Positions 1-9,204 are shown, counted from the first letter of the stretch. The stretch is 55,050 nt of DNA from Bacillota bacterium (GCA_021811325.1 JAJZPE010000005.1:1-55050), one strand, 5' to 3'. The notes: a model not told the origin generated them from the sequence alone. Made by a program: numbers and translations.

Positions 1-233
1 TTCACGGATTCTTCGAGCCGCGCGGCACGGCCCCAGCGGCTGCCGCAAAACTGGCCAATAGCTGCATAGACGGTTCAAAATCCCTTTTGTTGCGCGCCCC
101 AAGGATGTGTTAGAGTAGATTAATTGAAGTCGAGCTGTGTCGAATCCGGCCGGTCGAACGAGGGCCGGTTCGCAATGCCCCAAGTGAAGCCGAAACGCTG
201 TTTTTGTGCGGGTTCCGGGGGGAGGGTTGGGCC

Positions 234-2969
234 ATGTGCGGCGTCTACGGTTTTTCCGGTAAACCTGATAAGGAACTGCTCGACCGGATGGGGGCGGTCC
301 TCATCCATCGCGGACCCGACGACTGCGGCTCGCTCGAGCTGCCGTCGGTCAGCCTGGGCCACCGCCGGCTGTCCATCATCGACCTCGAGACCGGCCACCA
401 GCCGCTCGCCAATGAGGATGGCACGGTCTGGCTCGTTTTCAACGGCGAGGTCTACAATTATCGCGAGCTGCGGGCTGAACTCGTCCAGCACGGCCATGCT
501 TTCAAGACCAACAGCGACACCGAGGTCATCATCCACGCCTACGAGGAGTATGGCCCGGAGTGCTTCGCGCGGTTCAACGGGATGTGGGCCGTGGCCATCG
601 CCGACACGCGCCGTGGCCGGCTGGTCCTCGCCCGTGACCACTTCGGCATCAAGCCGCTCTACTACGCCCGCTCGGGCGGGCGTCTTCTCTTCGCTTCGGA
701 GATCAAGGCCCTCCTGCAGGACCCGTCCCTGCCGGCCCGGGCCAACGACCAGATGGTCTACGAATACTTGGTCCACGGCCTGCACGACCACCGGCCGGAG
801 ACCTTCTTCGAAGGCATCTATCACCTGCCGGCGGCGACGTACATGGAGGTCGCCCTCGGCGACGCAATGGCCGACGACGCGAAAGTCGGCGACGCCGCGG
901 CCTTCGAATCGGCCCGGCCCGTCGCCTACTGGACGCCCCGCCTCAGCGAGGACGGCTCCGGCGACCCGGACGAGTTCCGCGAGCTGTTCCGCAAGGCCGT
1001 GGAGCGGCGGCTGGTGGCCGACGTCCCGGTCGGCTCGTGCCTTTCGGGTGGTCTCGACTCGACGACCATCGTCAGCTTCATGAGCGGCCTCTTGAAGGAC
1101 AAGGCCCCCGACGCGAGCTCGATGCGCGGGCAGCTGAAGACCTTCTCGGCCGTCTTCGACAACGACCCCATCGACGAGCGCGACTACATCGAGGTGGCCG
1201 TGCGGGCCACGGGCGCCGACACCACCTACATCCGGCCGCTCTCCGAGACCTTCGTCGACGAACTGCGCGACCTCATCTGGCATCAGGAGGAGCCGTTCAT
1301 CAGCACGGGTCCTTACGCCCAGTGGTGCGTCCTGCGCGAGGCCCGGAAGCACGTGACGGTCGTCCTCGACGGCCAGGGCGGCGACGAGCTGCTCGCCGGC
1401 TACGTCCCCTACCAGTTCGTCTACCTGAACCAGCTCTGGAAGCGGCGGCAGTACGGACGGTTCCTGCGCGAGGCCTGGGCGGCCCGCGACGTCCTCCGGC
1501 CGCTCGTGACGCGGCGCCTCCGCGACCGCAACCAGGGCTTCCCGCTCAAGAGCCTGCTGCGGGCGGACTTTGTGAGCCGGGCCAAAGACCCGGGTTACAC
1601 CCGTTCGCGCGACGACCTGAAGCGGCGCCTGTTGCAGGACCTGACCACCTACAGCCTGCCGTGCTTGCTCCGTTATGAGGACAAGAACTCGATGGCTCAC
1701 TCGCTGGAGTCGCGGGTGCCCTACCTCGACCAGGAACTGGTCGAGTGGATCCTGCGCCAGCCGTCGGACGCGATCATCCGCAACGGGTGGAGCCGGTGGC
1801 TTCTGCGGCAGGGCCTGAAGGGCATCCTGCCCGAGAAGATCCGGCAGCGCCGGTGGAAGGTCGGGTTCACCACGCCCGAGTTCCGCTGGATCAGGGCCCG
1901 GCGGGTGGCCTTCCTCAGCCTCTTCAACTCGCCGACCTTCGCCGGCCGCCCGTACTGGGACGGTCCGGCGGTGGCCCGGGCGTTCCTCGACGCCAACCGC
2001 GGCCGGATCGACCAGTCCATGTTCTTCTGGCGGGCCATCAACGTCGAGTTGTGGCTCCGCGAGTTCATCGACGGGCGGGACGGCGTGGTGAGCGACGGCG
2101 CGGACGCCCGCGTCAAGGGTGCCATCCCGGGACCCAGGCACCGCGGCAGCCTGGCCGACCTGGGCGACGCCTTGGGTGTGGCCCGCACCCGCTCGGACGA
2201 GGCCGCGCGGCTGGCCGCCGCCTACCGGCCGAACCCGCCCAAGCATCTCTTGGCCGTGGCCGGGGGGCGGACTTACGCCCGTCTGCCCATCCACACCGGG
2301 GTCGTCCGCAAGGGCGACGACCTGGCGGCCTTCTTCAAGGAATCGGTCGGCGCCCACGCCAAACCCGGCGACATCATCGTCATCGCTGAGAAGCCCGTGG
2401 CCATCAGCCAGGGCCGCTCGTGGCCCATCGAGGAGGTCAAGGTCACGTGGCTGGCCCGCCTGCTGACCCAGGCGGTCACCAAAACGCCGCACGGCATCGG
2501 GGTGGGCCTCCCCCAGACGATGCAACTGGCCCTGAACGAGGACGGCGCGCCGCGCATCCTCCTGGCCACGGTGGTCTCCGCCCTCGGGCGGCTGGTCGGG
2601 CGGCGCGGCCTGTTCTACCGCATCGCCGGTCCGGCCGTGGAAGCCATCGACGGCCCCACGCCGGGCACCCTGCCTCCTTACAACCGCCAGGCCAAGCTCG
2701 GTCCGAAGGACCCCATGGGCGTGGCCGAAAAGTTGTCCGCGGCCCTCGGGCACGGCGTCGGCGTGGCCATCATCGACTCGAGCGACCTGTCGACCAAAGT
2801 CCTCGGCTGGTCCCACGGGGTCGACCCCGAACTGGTCACCTGGCTGATGCGGGACAACCCCCTCGGTCAGGGACACCAGCAGACGCCGATCGCCGTCCTG
2901 CGCCAGGTGGGCGCGCCCGACGGGCGGGTGGCCGGCACCGGCAACCGTCCAGGTGGGAATGGAAGATAA
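234..2969 (+). CDS. asnB: Glutamine-hydrolysing asparagine synthase (AsnB family) fused to a C-terminal coenzyme F420-0:L-glutamate ligase (CofE)-like domain
   Basis: ATG at 234 gives the Ntn start MCG after GGGAGG. AsnB motifs: HRGPD, GHRRLSIID, FNGEVYNY, RDHFGIKPLYY, LSGGLDS, GQGGDELLAGY, SLESRVPYLD. From about nt 2274 the sequence PIHTGVV..GDDL..PGDIIVIAEKPVAISQGR..IDGP..GVAIIDSSDL..DNPLGQGHQQTPI resembles the F420 ligase family. Confidence 0.85.
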   Translation: MCGVYGFSGKPDKELLDRMGAVLIHRGPDDCGSLELPSVSLGHRRLSIIDLETGHQPLANEDGTVWLVFNGEVYNYRELRAELVQHGHAFKTNSDTEVIIHAYEEYGPECFARFNGMWAVAIADTRRGRLVLARDHFGIKPLYYARSGGRLLFASEIKALLQDPSLPARANDQMVYEYLVHGLHDHRPETFFEGIYHLPAATYMEVALGDAMADDAKVGDAAAFESARPVAYWTPRLSEDGSGDPDEFRELFRKAVERRLVADVPVGSCLSGGLDSTTIVSFMSGLLKDKAPDASSMRGQLKTFSAVFDNDPIDERDYIEVAVRATGADTTYIRPLSETFVDELRDLIWHQEEPFISTGPYAQWCVLREARKHVTVVLDGQGGDELLAGYVPYQFVYLNQLWKRRQYGRFLREAWAARDVLRPLVTRRLRDRNQGFPLKSLLRADFVSRAKDPGYTRSRDDLKRRLLQDLTTYSLPCLLRYEDKNSMAHSLESRVPYLDQELVEWILRQPSDAIIRNGWSRWLLRQGLKGILPEKIRQRRWKVGFTTPEFRWIRARRVAFLSLFNSPTFAGRPYWDGPAVARAFLDANRGRIDQSMFFWRAINVELWLREFIDGRDGVVSDGADARVKGAIPGPRHRGSLADLGDALGVARTRSDEAARLAAAYRPNPPKHLLAVAGGRTYARLPIHTGVVRKGDDLAAFFKESVGAHAKPGDIIVIAEKPVAISQGRSWPIEEVKVTWLARLLTQAVTKTPHGIGVGLPQTMQLALNEDGAPRILLATVVSALGRLVGRRGLFYRIAGPAVEAIDGPTPGTLPPYNRQAKLGPKDPMGVAEKLSAALGHGVGVAIIDSSDLSTKVLGWSHGVDPELVTWLMRDNPLGQGHQQTPIAVLRQVGAPDGRVAGTGNRPGGNGR

Positions 2970-2976
2970 GACAGAC

Positions 2977-3018
2977 AAGGCCCGGAGAGGCTTGAAGCCT
3001 CCCCGGGCCTTTTTGTTT
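2977..3018 (+). terminator. Intrinsic terminator between convergent asnB fusion and arsR
   Basis: AAGGCCCGGagAGGC-ttgaa-GCCTccCCGGGCCTT followed by TTTGTTT. Confidence 0.8.
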
Positions 3019-3021
3019 CCA

Positions 3022-3390
3022 TCAGCCGTCCAGGAATTCCCCGAGCAGCCCGCCGAGCTCACGGGCCGTCTTCTTGTTCAGCGAGTAGAAGGTCCACTTG
3101 CCCTTGGTCTCCTCGTCGACGAGGCCGCTCTCCTTGAGGACTCTCAGGTGATAAGACACTCGGGACTGCCCCAGGCCAAAGACATACTGGAACTCACAGA
3201 CGCAGATGCCCGTGGTGGAAGCGTCCGCGGGGACGGATGGCGCGCAGGTGGCGCCCTCGCAGCAGGGCCGCCCGACGACCATCATCTTCAGCATGCGCAG
3301 CCGGGTCGGGTCGGACAGGGCCTTGGCCAGGAGGCTCAGGCGCTCGGCGGCCTGGTCGCCGGCGGTGGCCGTGGGTGTCGTCTTGACCAT
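3022..3390 (-). CDS. arsR: ArsR/SmtB family metalloregulator
   Basis: KALSDPTRL, Cys-rich PCCEG..GICVCEF, SRVSYHLRVLKESGLV..GKWTFYSL. ATG at 3390 follows a GGAGGG RBS. Divergent from arsM. Confidence 0.88.
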   Translation of the reverse strand: MVKTTPTATAGDQAAERLSLLAKALSDPTRLRMLKMMVVGRPCCEGATCAPSVPADASTTGICVCEFQYVFGLGQSRVSYHLRVLKESGLVDEETKGKWTFYSLNKKTARELGGLLGEFLDG

Positions 3391-3409
3391 GGACAATCCC
3401 TCCATCCAC

Positions 3410-3438
3410 AGTATAGCGTGGATGGATGCCCATCTCAA
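3410..3438 (-). promoter_or_regulatory. sigA-type promoter of arsR
   Basis: TTGAGA(3438-3433)-N17-TATACT(3415-3410). Confidence 0.6.
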
Positions 3439-3479
3439 GAAATTTTGATTTGGGCCTTGTCAAATCAATCCAATTTGAT
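3434..3479. promoter_or_regulatory. Two ArsR operator palindromes
   Basis: CTCAA-gaaatt-TTGAT (3434-3449) and ATCAA-tccaat-TTGAT (3464-3479), 30 bp apart. They match the ATCAA-N6-TTGAT ArsR-type operator and overlap the divergent promoter region. Confidence 0.7.
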
Positions 3480-3520
3480 ATATCCTATTCTTGGATAGGA
3501 TCTTCTGGGAGGTGACGAGT

Positions 3521-4768
3521 TTGAGCGGGGAAGTGAAGGAACACGTCCGTCGCAGATACGCGGCCGCGGCGCGGGCGGTCAGGGCGAGCGGTTGTTGTGG
3601 CGCCGAGCCCCCGGGCATCGGCGGCGAGCTGTACTCGGCGGGTGACCGGAAGGGACTGCCCGCCCAGGCGGTCCAGGCCAGCCTGGGCTGTGGCGTGCCG
3701 ACGGCGATGGTCGACATCGTCCCCGGCGAGACCGTGCTTGACCTAGGCAGCGGCGGAGGCCTCGATGTGCTGCTGTCCGCGAAGCGGGTCGGGCCGAACG
3801 GCCGGGTCTATGGTCTGGACATGACCGATGAGATGCTCGCCCTGGCCCGCGAGAACCAGGCGCGCGCCGGGGCCACCAACGTCGAGTTCCTGAAGGGCGA
3901 CATCGAGGCCATCCCGCTGCCGGACGCGACGGTCGACGTCATCATCAGCAACTGCGTCATCAACCTGGCGGCCGACAAGGACAAGGTCTTCCGTGAGGCC
4001 TTCCGCGTGCTGAAGCCGGGTGGCCGCTTCGCCGTGTCCGACATGGCTTTCCAGGGGGACCTGTCCCTGCTGCCGGAGAGGCTGCGGCAGTCGACCGAGG
4101 CTTGGTGCGAGTGCGTCTCCGGGGCCCTCGAGGAGCGCGACTACCTCGCCCGCCTGCGGGCGGCCGGGTTTGTCGACGCGTCCCTGGAGGTGACCCAGGT
4201 CTACGCCGGCACGACCGAGCAGAGCTGTTGCGAACCCGCGGGCGCCACCGCATCGTGCTGCGAGTCAGTCCTGCCCTCCGGCGTCCGCCTGGTGAGCGGC
4301 TTCATCCGCGGCCGGAAACCTGGCGATGGCAGGTTCAGCGTGAGGGAGGCGACCCCCGCCGACCTGCCCGCGGTGCGTCGGCTGCTGAGCGAGACCGGCC
4401 TGGCCGATGGGAAGTTCGAGGTCCAGTTCGGACCGAAGTTCGCGGTGGCGACGGCCACGGATGGCCGGGTCATCGGGGTCGCCGGGGTCGAGGTCCACGG
4501 GGACGACGGGTTGCTGCGGTCGGTGGCCACGGATGCCGCCTGGCGGGGACGCGGGGTCGGGGATGCCCTCACCCGTGACCGCCTCGCCTGGGCTCGCGGG
4601 CGCGGCTTGCGCTCGGTCTGGCTGCTGACGACCACCGCCCAGGACTACTTCCCCCGCTTCGGCTTCGCCCGCGCCGACCGGTCCGCGGCGCCGCCCGAGT
4701 TGCAGCGGTCCGAAGAGTTCGCCGGCGCCTGCCCGGCCACGGCCACGGCGATGAGGGCGCAGCTCTAG
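3521..4768 (+). CDS. arsM: Arsenite S-adenosylmethionine methyltransferase fused to an ArsN2-type GNAT acetyltransferase
   Basis: TTG at 3521 after GGAGG. ArsM motifs: [48 protein letters not shown]-terminal GNAT from about 4330: [37 protein letters not shown]. Confidence 0.88.
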   Translation: MSGEVKEHVRRRYAAAARAVRASGCCGAEPPGIGGELYSAGDRKGLPAQAVQASLGCGVPTAMVDIVPGETVLDLGSGGGLDVLLSAKRVGPNGRVYGLDMTDEMLALARENQARAGATNVEFLKGDIEAIPLPDATVDVIISNCVINLAADKDKVFREAFRVLKPGGRFAVSDMAFQGDLSLLPERLRQSTEAWCECVSGALEERDYLARLRAAGFVDASLEVTQVYAGTTEQSCCEPAGATASCCESVLPSGVRLVSGFIRGRKPGDGRFSVREATPADLPAVRRLLSETGLADGKFEVQFGPKFAVATATDGRVIGVAGVEVHGDDGLLRSVATDAAWRGRGVGDALTRDRLAWARGRGLRSVWLLTTTAQDYFPRFGFARADRSAAPPELQRSEEFAGACPATATAMRAQL

Positions 4769-4789
4769 AGCCCTTGCGGAGCCCCGGGC

Positions 4790-5824
4790 TCACGCGCGGG
4801 GCAGCATCGCCTCGACTTCAGGGATGGCCACGCCGCACCGGTCCAGAAGCAGCTGGTAGATCCGGCCCATCTGGCCCATGGCCTGCCTCATGTTCGCCTC
4901 GGCCCCGGGGCGCATGCCGAGCTTGTCGGCCCCGTGGGTGAGCGACACGGAGACGCTGAAGAGCCGCCTCAGGCACGCGAAGACCTCGAAGAAGTCGAAG
5001 TCCGTGATGGCGTAACCGGCCTTCCGCTCATAGTCCGCGCGGACCAGCGACCAGACCTCGTCCCCGCCCATCAGCAGGGAAGTCCAGGCCAGGTCGACCC
5101 GCGGGTCCGAAAGGCCGGCCGAGGTCCAGTCGATGACGTGGGGCCGGCCATCTTGCATCAGGATGTTGTTGGCGTGGAAGTCGAGGTGGATGAGCGCGGG
5201 CGGGCGGCGCCCGACGGAGACGGCCCGGCGTTCGAGCCAATCGATGACCGGGCCGAAACCCGGCTGGCTGAAGCGCTCAGTCCAGCCCCTGAGGGGCCCG
5301 GACCAGCCCGCGTCGAGGTTGCTCAGCGCGAAGAGCGGCGCTTCGGGCTCGAAGTGGCGCGCGTCCAAGGCATGCAGGTCGGCCAGGAGTTCGGCGAACA
5401 TGGTCACCAGGCCGCGCCGGGCTTCGGGGGCCGAACAAAGGAAGAGGGCGTCGGCCGTCGGGCCGTTGATCTTCTCCATGACGAAGGAGGGGCGGCCGAG
5501 ACCGGAGCCGCCGGCATCGATGGCGTAGACCCGGGGCACCGGGTAGCCCAGTCGGCCGAGCTTTTCGAGGATGCGGTACTCCCTGGCGCATTTGCCCGCC
5601 GGGTCCGACTCGACCGACCCGGGGAACATCCTCAGGATGAGGTCCCGCCGCTCGCGGCCGTCCGCGGATTCGACGGTGAAGGAGTAGACTTCAGACTCCC
5701 ACCCATCGGTGAGCCGGGTCAGGCCCGTGACCTGGCCGCCGCCCCCCCAGGGGAGGGCCGACCGGCAGAAGCGGGTCAGTTGGGTGGACAAAACGGTCGT
5801 CTCTGGCTCCATGCGAATCTTCAT
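4790..5824 (-). CDS. Aminoglycoside phosphotransferase (APH)/choline kinase-like family protein
   Basis: GWESEVY, LILR, EYRIL..LGYPVP, Brenner motif HLDFHANNIL, IDW, DPRVDLAW. The start could be 5812. Confidence 0.8.
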   Translation of the reverse strand: MKIRMEPETTVLSTQLTRFCRSALPWGGGGQVTGLTRLTDGWESEVYSFTVESADGRERRDLILRMFPGSVESDPAGKCAREYRILEKLGRLGYPVPRVYAIDAGGSGLGRPSFVMEKINGPTADALFLCSAPEARRGLVTMFAELLADLHALDARHFEPEAPLFALSNLDAGWSGPLRGWTERFSQPGFGPVIDWLERRAVSVGRRPPALIHLDFHANNILMQDGRPHVIDWTSAGLSDPRVDLAWTSLLMGGDEVWSLVRADYERKAGYAITDFDFFEVFACLRRLFSVSVSLTHGADKLGMRPGAEANMRQAMGQMGRIYQLLLDRCGVAIPEVEAMLPRA

Positions 5825-5942
5825 CCCCTTGCCCCGGCCACGCCAAGCCGGATCCGAATGAACCTCTATTCGACCGTCCCCGTGCGGCTGCCTCCTTTAG
5901 CGCCGAGGACGCAAGCCTCGGAGGGAACCCCGCCCAGCAAAT

Positions 5943-5984
5943 CAAGAGACCCCGGAGTCCGGGGTCTCCGGAGTCCGGGGTCTC
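5943..5984 (-). terminator. Hairpin/terminator with a 16-bp tandem duplication
   Basis: GAGACCCCGGA-c-TCCGGGGTCTC then TTGATTT on the minus strand. CGGAGTCCGGGGTCTC occurs at both 5953-5968 and 5969-5984. Confidence 0.55.
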
Positions 5985-6036
5985 GCTTCGTCTCAAAGGT
6001 CATGGGGCCCCATGAGCCGTGCCTCGCACCTCGACC

Positions 6037-6447
6037 TTAGCACAGCTCAACGGCCGGATAGCCCACCTTGGGCTGCAGGCGCGACATGTACGGGTCGGCG
6101 TTGGTCCGGGCCTCGATGCCGCAGCCGCGGACGCTGTATTCGCGATAGAGCCGGCCTTCCGGGGACTGTTTCGCGAGGTCGGGGTACCACTCCCAGACGA
6201 CCCGGCTGGCATGGGCGATGACGAAGGAGTTGTGACCCACGTCGGGCCCGGAGGGGTCCCACACCCGGAGGATTTCTCCGGTCTCGAAGCGGAGCACAAG
6301 GCACTCGTCCTCCAGGTCGACGTCGGCGATGGTCCGAGTCTCGCCGGCCGGCAGGTCCAACGTGTCCCCGAAGAAGCTGGGCCTCCCGCGCTTGATGCGG
6401 GGCAGCGATTGGCGGGCGTGGCCGGCGATGCGGCTTGCTACTGACAT
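6037..6447 (-). CDS. Hypothetical protein (136 aa)
   Basis: ATG at 6447 with AAGGAG RBS, a globular-looking sequence and a downstream hairpin. No family recognised. Confidence 0.6.
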   Translation of the reverse strand: MSVASRIAGHARQSLPRIKRGRPSFFGDTLDLPAGETRTIADVDLEDECLVLRFETGEILRVWDPSGPDVGHNSFVIAHASRVVWEWYPDLAKQSPEGRLYREYSVRGCGIEARTNADPYMSRLQPKVGYPAVELC

Positions 6448-6687
6448 GGTCACACTCCTTGGTTGGTCCAAGTTTTGTCTGGTAGAGCTTCAGAGCTTGC
6501 CGTTGGTTCTACTTCCTAGGTCGAATGGAAGGGGCTGCCACTTAAGGGCAATCGTCTGACGGGATTCGGCACAATTCGACAAACCGGCCCTCGCGCCTGG
6601 CGGCCGGGCGGGCGGCGGAGCCTCCGTGGAATGGCCGGCTTCAAGCGCCGAGGCCGGGCAGATGCGGCCTCTTGGTCAGGCTGTGGG

Positions 6688-6716
6688 TTGCCCAGGGCGT
6701 CTTCTTCGGGTATAAT
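6688..6716 (+). promoter_or_regulatory. sigA-type promoter upstream of the yybP-ykoY riboswitch
   Basis: TTGCCC-N17-TATAAT. Confidence 0.75.
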
Positions 6717-6727
6717 CAGGGTTACAG

Positions 6728-6850
6728 TGAAGGGGAGTAGCTGATCCTTTGGCGGGGTCAACATGACGGCCGACAGGCCTGGCCCAGCCTGCCGTGGAAA
6801 CGGCAAGCGAGACCTTTGCGCCCATGTGGGTGAATCGGTCTCGCTTTTCC
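6728..6850 (+). ncRNA. yybP-ykoY (Mn2+) riboswitch with overlapping terminator
   Basis: AAGGGGAGTAGC...GGTCAACATGA...GCGAGACCTTTG signature. The expression platform AAGCGAGACC...GGTCTCGCTTTT competes with P1. Confidence 0.85.
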
Positions 6851-6893
6851 TTTGCCAAACGGGCGGTTAGACCAACTGGAGGTGCTCTCAGCA

Positions 6894-8003
6894 GTGACCG
6901 ACGTCGTAGTCCTCGTCCTCAGCTTTGGCTTTATCCTACTCGCGGCCGAGTTCTTCACCAACGCGGTCGAATGGTTGGGGAAGATCCTGCGGCTCGGCGA
7001 AGGCGCCATTGGCAGCGTTATCGCGGCGGTCGGCACGGCCATGCCCGAGACGATGATTTCGCTCCTCGCCATCCTCGCCGGTCACGGTGAGGAGGCGGCC
7101 AGGGATGTTGGGATTGGCGCCATTCTTGGCGCCCCGTTCATGCTGGCGACCCTGGCCCTTTGCCTGGTGGGTATCGCCGCCGTCAGCTTCCCGGCAGGGG
7201 GACGGCCGCGCCGGACAATGCTCATCGATTCCGAAGTCATGAAGCGAGACTTGCGCTTCTTCCTCGTCGTCTACACCGTCGCCATCGGGGCCGCGTTCAT
7301 TCGTCCCCAGCCCGTGCGGATCGTCCTGGCGCTTGGGTTATGGGCGGCCTACGCCATCTACGTGGCCCAGACCTTTCGCAACGGACGCCGTCCGGCTGAC
7401 GAGCCCGAGCACCTGCGGGCTCTGTACCTGTGGCGCCGCCCAGGGGGCCCGCCCACCGCAGCCGTCGTTACCCAGGTGGTTCTGGCGCTGGCCGGCATCG
7501 TCGTCGGGGCCCGCTATTTCGTCCTGGCCACCCAGGGCCTCGCTGAGGCCCTGGCCATGCCGGCCTTCGTCCTGTCGCTCCTGGTCGCGCCGGTGGCCAC
7601 CGAGCTGCCGGAGAAGCTGAACAGCCTCATCTGGGTCAGCCGGGGCCAGGATACTCTGGCCCTCGGGAACATCACCGGGGCGATGGTCTTTCAGGGCTCC
7701 GTCATCCCGGCCATCGGCATCCTCCTGACGCCGTGGGTCCTCAACGGGTTCGCCCTCTTGAGCGCGGCCTTGGCCATCGGCTCGGCGCTTCTCGTCTATC
7801 TTGGCCTCCGGCGGTCGGGGACCTTGGCCCCCACCCTCCTCTTGACCGGCGGCGTCTGGTACTCGGTCTTTCTCTCGACCATCCTGGCGACTGGGTCGGG
7901 CAACGCCAGGTGGTACCTCCTGATGGTTCCTGTGGGTCTGGCCCTTTACGCCGTCGGCGCGAGGCACACGGCCAGGCACCGCGCCGTCAGTGGCGGCGAG
8001 TAG
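6894..8003 (+). CDS. Ca2+/cation antiporter (CaCA, sodium:calcium antiporter family)
   Basis: Alpha repeats AVGTAMPE and PVATELPE, LALGNITGA and many TM segments. GTG at 6894 follows GGAGG. Confidence 0.85.
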   Translation: MTDVVVLVLSFGFILLAAEFFTNAVEWLGKILRLGEGAIGSVIAAVGTAMPETMISLLAILAGHGEEAARDVGIGAILGAPFMLATLALCLVGIAAVSFPAGGRPRRTMLIDSEVMKRDLRFFLVVYTVAIGAAFIRPQPVRIVLALGLWAAYAIYVAQTFRNGRRPADEPEHLRALYLWRRPGGPPTAAVVTQVVLALAGIVVGARYFVLATQGLAEALAMPAFVLSLLVAPVATELPEKLNSLIWVSRGQDTLALGNITGAMVFQGSVIPAIGILLTPWVLNGFALLSAALAIGSALLVYLGLRRSGTLAPTLLLTGGVWYSVFLSTILATGSGNARWYLLMVPVGLALYAVGARHTARHRAVSGGE

Positions 8004-8126
8004 CTGCGGGCCCGTCGGTGGCCCCCGAGCCTCGGGTGGAAAAGGGGGCCGGCCCGCACCTGTAGAATGAATCGGAGGGGAACGGCCCGGCGAGGAAAGG
8101 CCGGGACCGCCGGGAGGTTATGAACG

Positions 8127-9089
8127 TTGAACGGATCAGACAAGACCGCGAAGAAGGAACTCTTGAGTGCCGGAGAGCGCTGGTTTGAGAAGCCGACCTC
8201 CATGCGGGAGGACCTGGCCGAGCTTTGGGGGGATTGGGGGGTCGACTCCGAGGTCGGGCGGCTGCGAGCAGTGCTGATGCGGCGCCCGGGGAAGGAGATC
8301 GAGGCGGTCGCCGACCCGGCCGGCCCGAGGTGGCTCGAGGTGATGGACCCCGAAAGGGCCCGGGCCCAACACGATGCGCTGGCCGCGATATACCGCGACA
8401 ACGGGGTCGCCGTGCACTACATCGAGGAGATGCGTCCGGACCGGCCTAACGCCTTCTTTGTCCGAGACCTCGTCCTGATGACCCCCGAGGGGGCCATCCT
8501 GGCCAGGCCGGCCATGGCCGAGCGGCGGGGCGAGGAGGCCTATGCGGCGAGGGCGCTGGCGAAGCTCGGCGTTCCTATCATCAAGACGGTCTGCGGGCGG
8601 GGGACCTTCGAAGGCGCCAACGTCCTGTGGATCGACCGCCAGACCGTCTTCCTCGGGGTTGGCAACCGGACCAACGCTGAGGGCGCCCGCCAGGTTGAAG
8701 AGGAACTCCGGAATGTGGGCGTTGAAGAGGTCATCATCTTCCAGGTCCCCTTCGGGCAAGCCCACATCGACGGCATCTGCAACCTTGCTGCCCCGGATGT
8801 GGCGGTGGTCTTCCCCTGGCAGGTGCCTCACGTCGCCGCCCAGGCCCTCCTGAACCGGGGGTACCGGATCCTGGAGGTCGCCTGGCCCGAAGAAGCGAAA
8901 CTGGGCATGGCCATCAACTTCGTCGCCCTCGAGCCGGGGAGGATCGTCATCCCCATGGGTTGCCCACGGACCCGCGACATGTATGAAAAAGCCGGCCTGA
9001 CGGTGGTCGAGGCCGACATCAGCGAGCTCAGGAAGGGCTGGGGTTCGATCCACTGCATGACCGGGTTCCTCAAGAGGGACCCTGTCTGA
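8127..9089 (+). CDS. Arginine deiminase/dimethylarginine dimethylaminohydrolase (amidinotransferase) family protein
   Basis: GVDSEVGRLRAVLMRRPG, FVRD, RRGEE, FEG, RTN..G, HIDG, and C-terminal catalytic Cys in GSIHCMT. Confidence 0.85.
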   Translation: MNGSDKTAKKELLSAGERWFEKPTSMREDLAELWGDWGVDSEVGRLRAVLMRRPGKEIEAVADPAGPRWLEVMDPERARAQHDALAAIYRDNGVAVHYIEEMRPDRPNAFFVRDLVLMTPEGAILARPAMAERRGEEAYAARALAKLGVPIIKTVCGRGTFEGANVLWIDRQTVFLGVGNRTNAEGARQVEEELRNVGVEEVIIFQVPFGQAHIDGICNLAAPDVAVVFPWQVPHVAAQALLNRGYRILEVAWPEEAKLGMAINFVALEPGRIVIPMGCPRTRDMYEKAGLTVVEADISELRKGWGSIHCMTGFLKRDPV

Positions 9090-9165
9090 TGAGGGAAACC
9101 GTCAATCCGACCGGCTGAGATCAGGGGAGCCGATGCGGGCCGGCGGTGAAGGAGCGCACGGGAAG

Positions 9166-9199
9166 TCAGAGGGCGGCCGGATGACCCCGGCCGCCCTGA
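9166..9199. terminator. Stem-loop between the convergent amidinotransferase and sigA genes
   Basis: AGGGCGGCCGG-atgacc-CCGGCCGCCCT, with only a weak U-tract. Confidence 0.5.
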
Positions 9200-9204
9200 A
9201 CGTC

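Noticed and set aside
117-233. ~115-nt leader of the asnB fusion with a hairpin (CCGGCC...GGCCGG)
   Set aside because: I recognised no riboswitch signature. An Rfam scan would be needed.
120-3062. 980-aa minus-strand ORF, and similar long antisense ORFs (12328-14367, 14413-16299, 17384-19381, 27800-30067, 41482-43500, 49258-50892)
   Set aside because: These are shadow frames of real genes caused by high-GC3 codon bias, with no recognisable motifs.
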